Below are positions 62,520 to 64,000 of a DNA stretch of 64,000 nt, one piece after another. Under the pieces are notes generated by a model. It saw only the letters and a program-made list of their open reading frames with translations, was not told where the DNA came from and did not search any database. The translations under genes were made by a program, and so were the position numbers. The DNA lies in assembly GCA_038131935.1 (NCBI GenBank), contig JAYPQH010000037.1:32001-96000 (forward strand), written 5' to 3'. Within the stretch, counting starts at the first letter, position 1; the number at the start of each line of letters is the position of its first letter. The DNA comes from Alphaproteobacteria bacterium (GTDB taxonomy: Bacteria > Pseudomonadota > Alphaproteobacteria > UBA8317).

Positions 62520-63727
62520 TTACCTATTTTTACGTGCAGCGAGCAATTTAAGACGTAAAGCGTTCAGTTGGATGAAACCCTCAGCGTCTGTTTGATCATA
62601 GACATAGTCTTCTTCAAAAGTGACATGGGCTTCAGAATATAAACTCATGGGGGAGGTTCGGCCAACAACGTCTACGCGACCTTTGTATAGTTTTAAGCGC
62701 ACGTCTCCAGATACATGTTCTTGAGAATGATCTATTAGCGCCTGGAGCATTTCTCGTTCAGGCGACCACCAAAATCCATTATAGATCAACTCGGCATACC
62801 GAGGCATCAGTTCATCTTTAAGATGGGCAGCGCCACGGTCTAAGGTGATGGACTCTATCCCCTATGGGCTGCCAAAAGAATTGTGCCCCCTGGTGTTTCA
62901 TAGATACCACGGCTCTTCATGCCCACAAATCGGTTTTCAACCAAATCCAAACGGCCGATTCCATGTGCTCCACCCAATTCGTTGAGCTTTGTCAACAATT
63001 GAGCAGGGCTTAAGGCCTCACCATCAATAGCACACGCATCTCCTCGTTCAAATGACACGGTAATATATTGAGGGACGTCAGGTGCTTCTTCTGGAGATAT
63101 TGTACGTTGATACACATAATCCGGTGCAGGTTGAGATGGGTCTTCCAAAACCTTGCCCTCTGAGGATGTATGCAAAAGGTTTGCGTCAACGGAGAATGGT
63201 GCTTCTCCCCTCTTATCACGAGGAATAGGAATTTGGTTTTCTTCTCCAAAAGCGATTAATTTTTCCCGGGATGTTAGATCCCATTCCCGCCAAGGCGCAA
63301 TGACACGTATGTTTGGTTCTAAAGCGTAATAGCCCAATTCAAAGCGAACTTGGTCATTTCCCTTCCCGGTTGCGCCATGGCATACAGCATCAGCGCCCGT
63401 GGCACGGGCAATTTCTATTTGTCGTTTCGCAATGAGTGGCCGCGCTATGGAGGTCCCAAGCAGGTAGATCCCTTCATAAAGGGCATTTGCACGGAACATA
63501 GGGAAAACATAATCTCTTACAAATTCTTCTCGTAAGTCTTCTATGAATATTTCCTTTACGCCCAGCAGTTCTGCTCTTTTACGCGCAGGTTCTAACTCTT
63601 CACCTTGGCCTAGGTCAGCCGTAAATGTTACCACTTCACACTGATAATGGGTTTGCAGCCATTTTAGTATGATTGAGGTATCAAGACCGCCAGAATAGGC
63701 AAGAACAACTTTTGAAATGTTGGCCAT
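62520..63727 (-). CDS. argG: Argininosuccinate synthase (frameshift at ~62860)
   Basis: [52 protein letters not shown]. The C-terminal ORF 62520-62807 reads [18 protein letters not shown]. Confidence 0.95.
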
Positions 63728-63787
63728 AATGGTACTTTCTTTTCGTGAATGATATCGCAGTTCCGTAACGTATATCGGGGTATCTGC

Positions 63788-64000
63788 TCAAGCGGGATCG
63801 CCTTGTTGCTGCTGTTTTTCTGTGCGCTTGCGTTCTGCTCTGCTCATTTTCTCGGATGCAGACTTTAATTGACCGCATGCTGCCATGATATCTCTGCCTC
63901 TTGGCATCCTAATGGGGGAGGCATAACCTGCAGCGTTAACATAATCTCCAAACGCTTCGATGGTGGACCAATCTGAGCATTCATAAGGTGAGCCTGGCCA
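63788..64000 (-). CDS. rlmN: Dual-specificity RNA methyltransferase RlmN, 3' end only (absent from the ORF track)
   Basis: Reverse strand from 64000 reads [47 protein letters not shown], with TGA at 63790-63788. RGxDIxAACGQL is the RlmN C-terminal motif. Confidence 0.92.
   Translation of the reverse strand, partial: WPGSPYECSDWSTIEAFGDYVNAAGYASPIRMPRGRDIMAACGQLKSASEKMSRAERKRTEKQQQQGDPA

Noticed and set aside
1-64000. CRISPR arrays, tRNA/rRNA genes, IS elements, prophage or integrase
   Set aside because: No regularly spaced repeats, cloverleaf motifs, transposase or integrase motifs were seen. Intergenic spaces are short. This was a by-eye scan only.

Overview
Chromosomal, mostly housekeeping and catabolic segment of an alphaproteobacterium, judged from gene content and conserved neighbourhoods (hemC-hemD-COG4223-hemY divergent from tsaD-gpsA; yggT-folD; rlmN-argG). 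The first ~7.2 kb is riddled with indels, but the genes can still be recognised from motifs: an RTX-repeat protein, hemY, COG4223, hemD, hemC, tsaD and gpsA. This, plus scattered frameshifts further on (icd, acs, ibpA, liuD, mmsB, a FadD-like ligase, argG; several at homopolymer runs), looks like long-read consensus error near a contig end rather than true decay. The rest holds monomeric IDH, EVE and Rieske proteins, acs, an RND efflux pair, an Atm1/YeeE/rhodanese/Lrp sulfur cluster, rmuC, a Kef antiporter, mnmC, a ~23 kb leucine/valine/acyl-CoA catabolic block with a Liv-type ABC transporter, glpKD, yggT-folD, cidA-lrgB, argG and the 3' end of rlmN. The most unusual element is an orphan two-gene module at 12626-14427: a pilin-like IcmD/TraQ-type membrane protein and a half-size IcmB/TraU (VirB4)-like ATPase. 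It may be a reduced or dispersed Dot/Icm (type IVB) system sitting among housekeeping genes. No rRNA, tRNA, CRISPR array, transposase or integrase was recognised. All family calls come from motif recognition, not from database searches.
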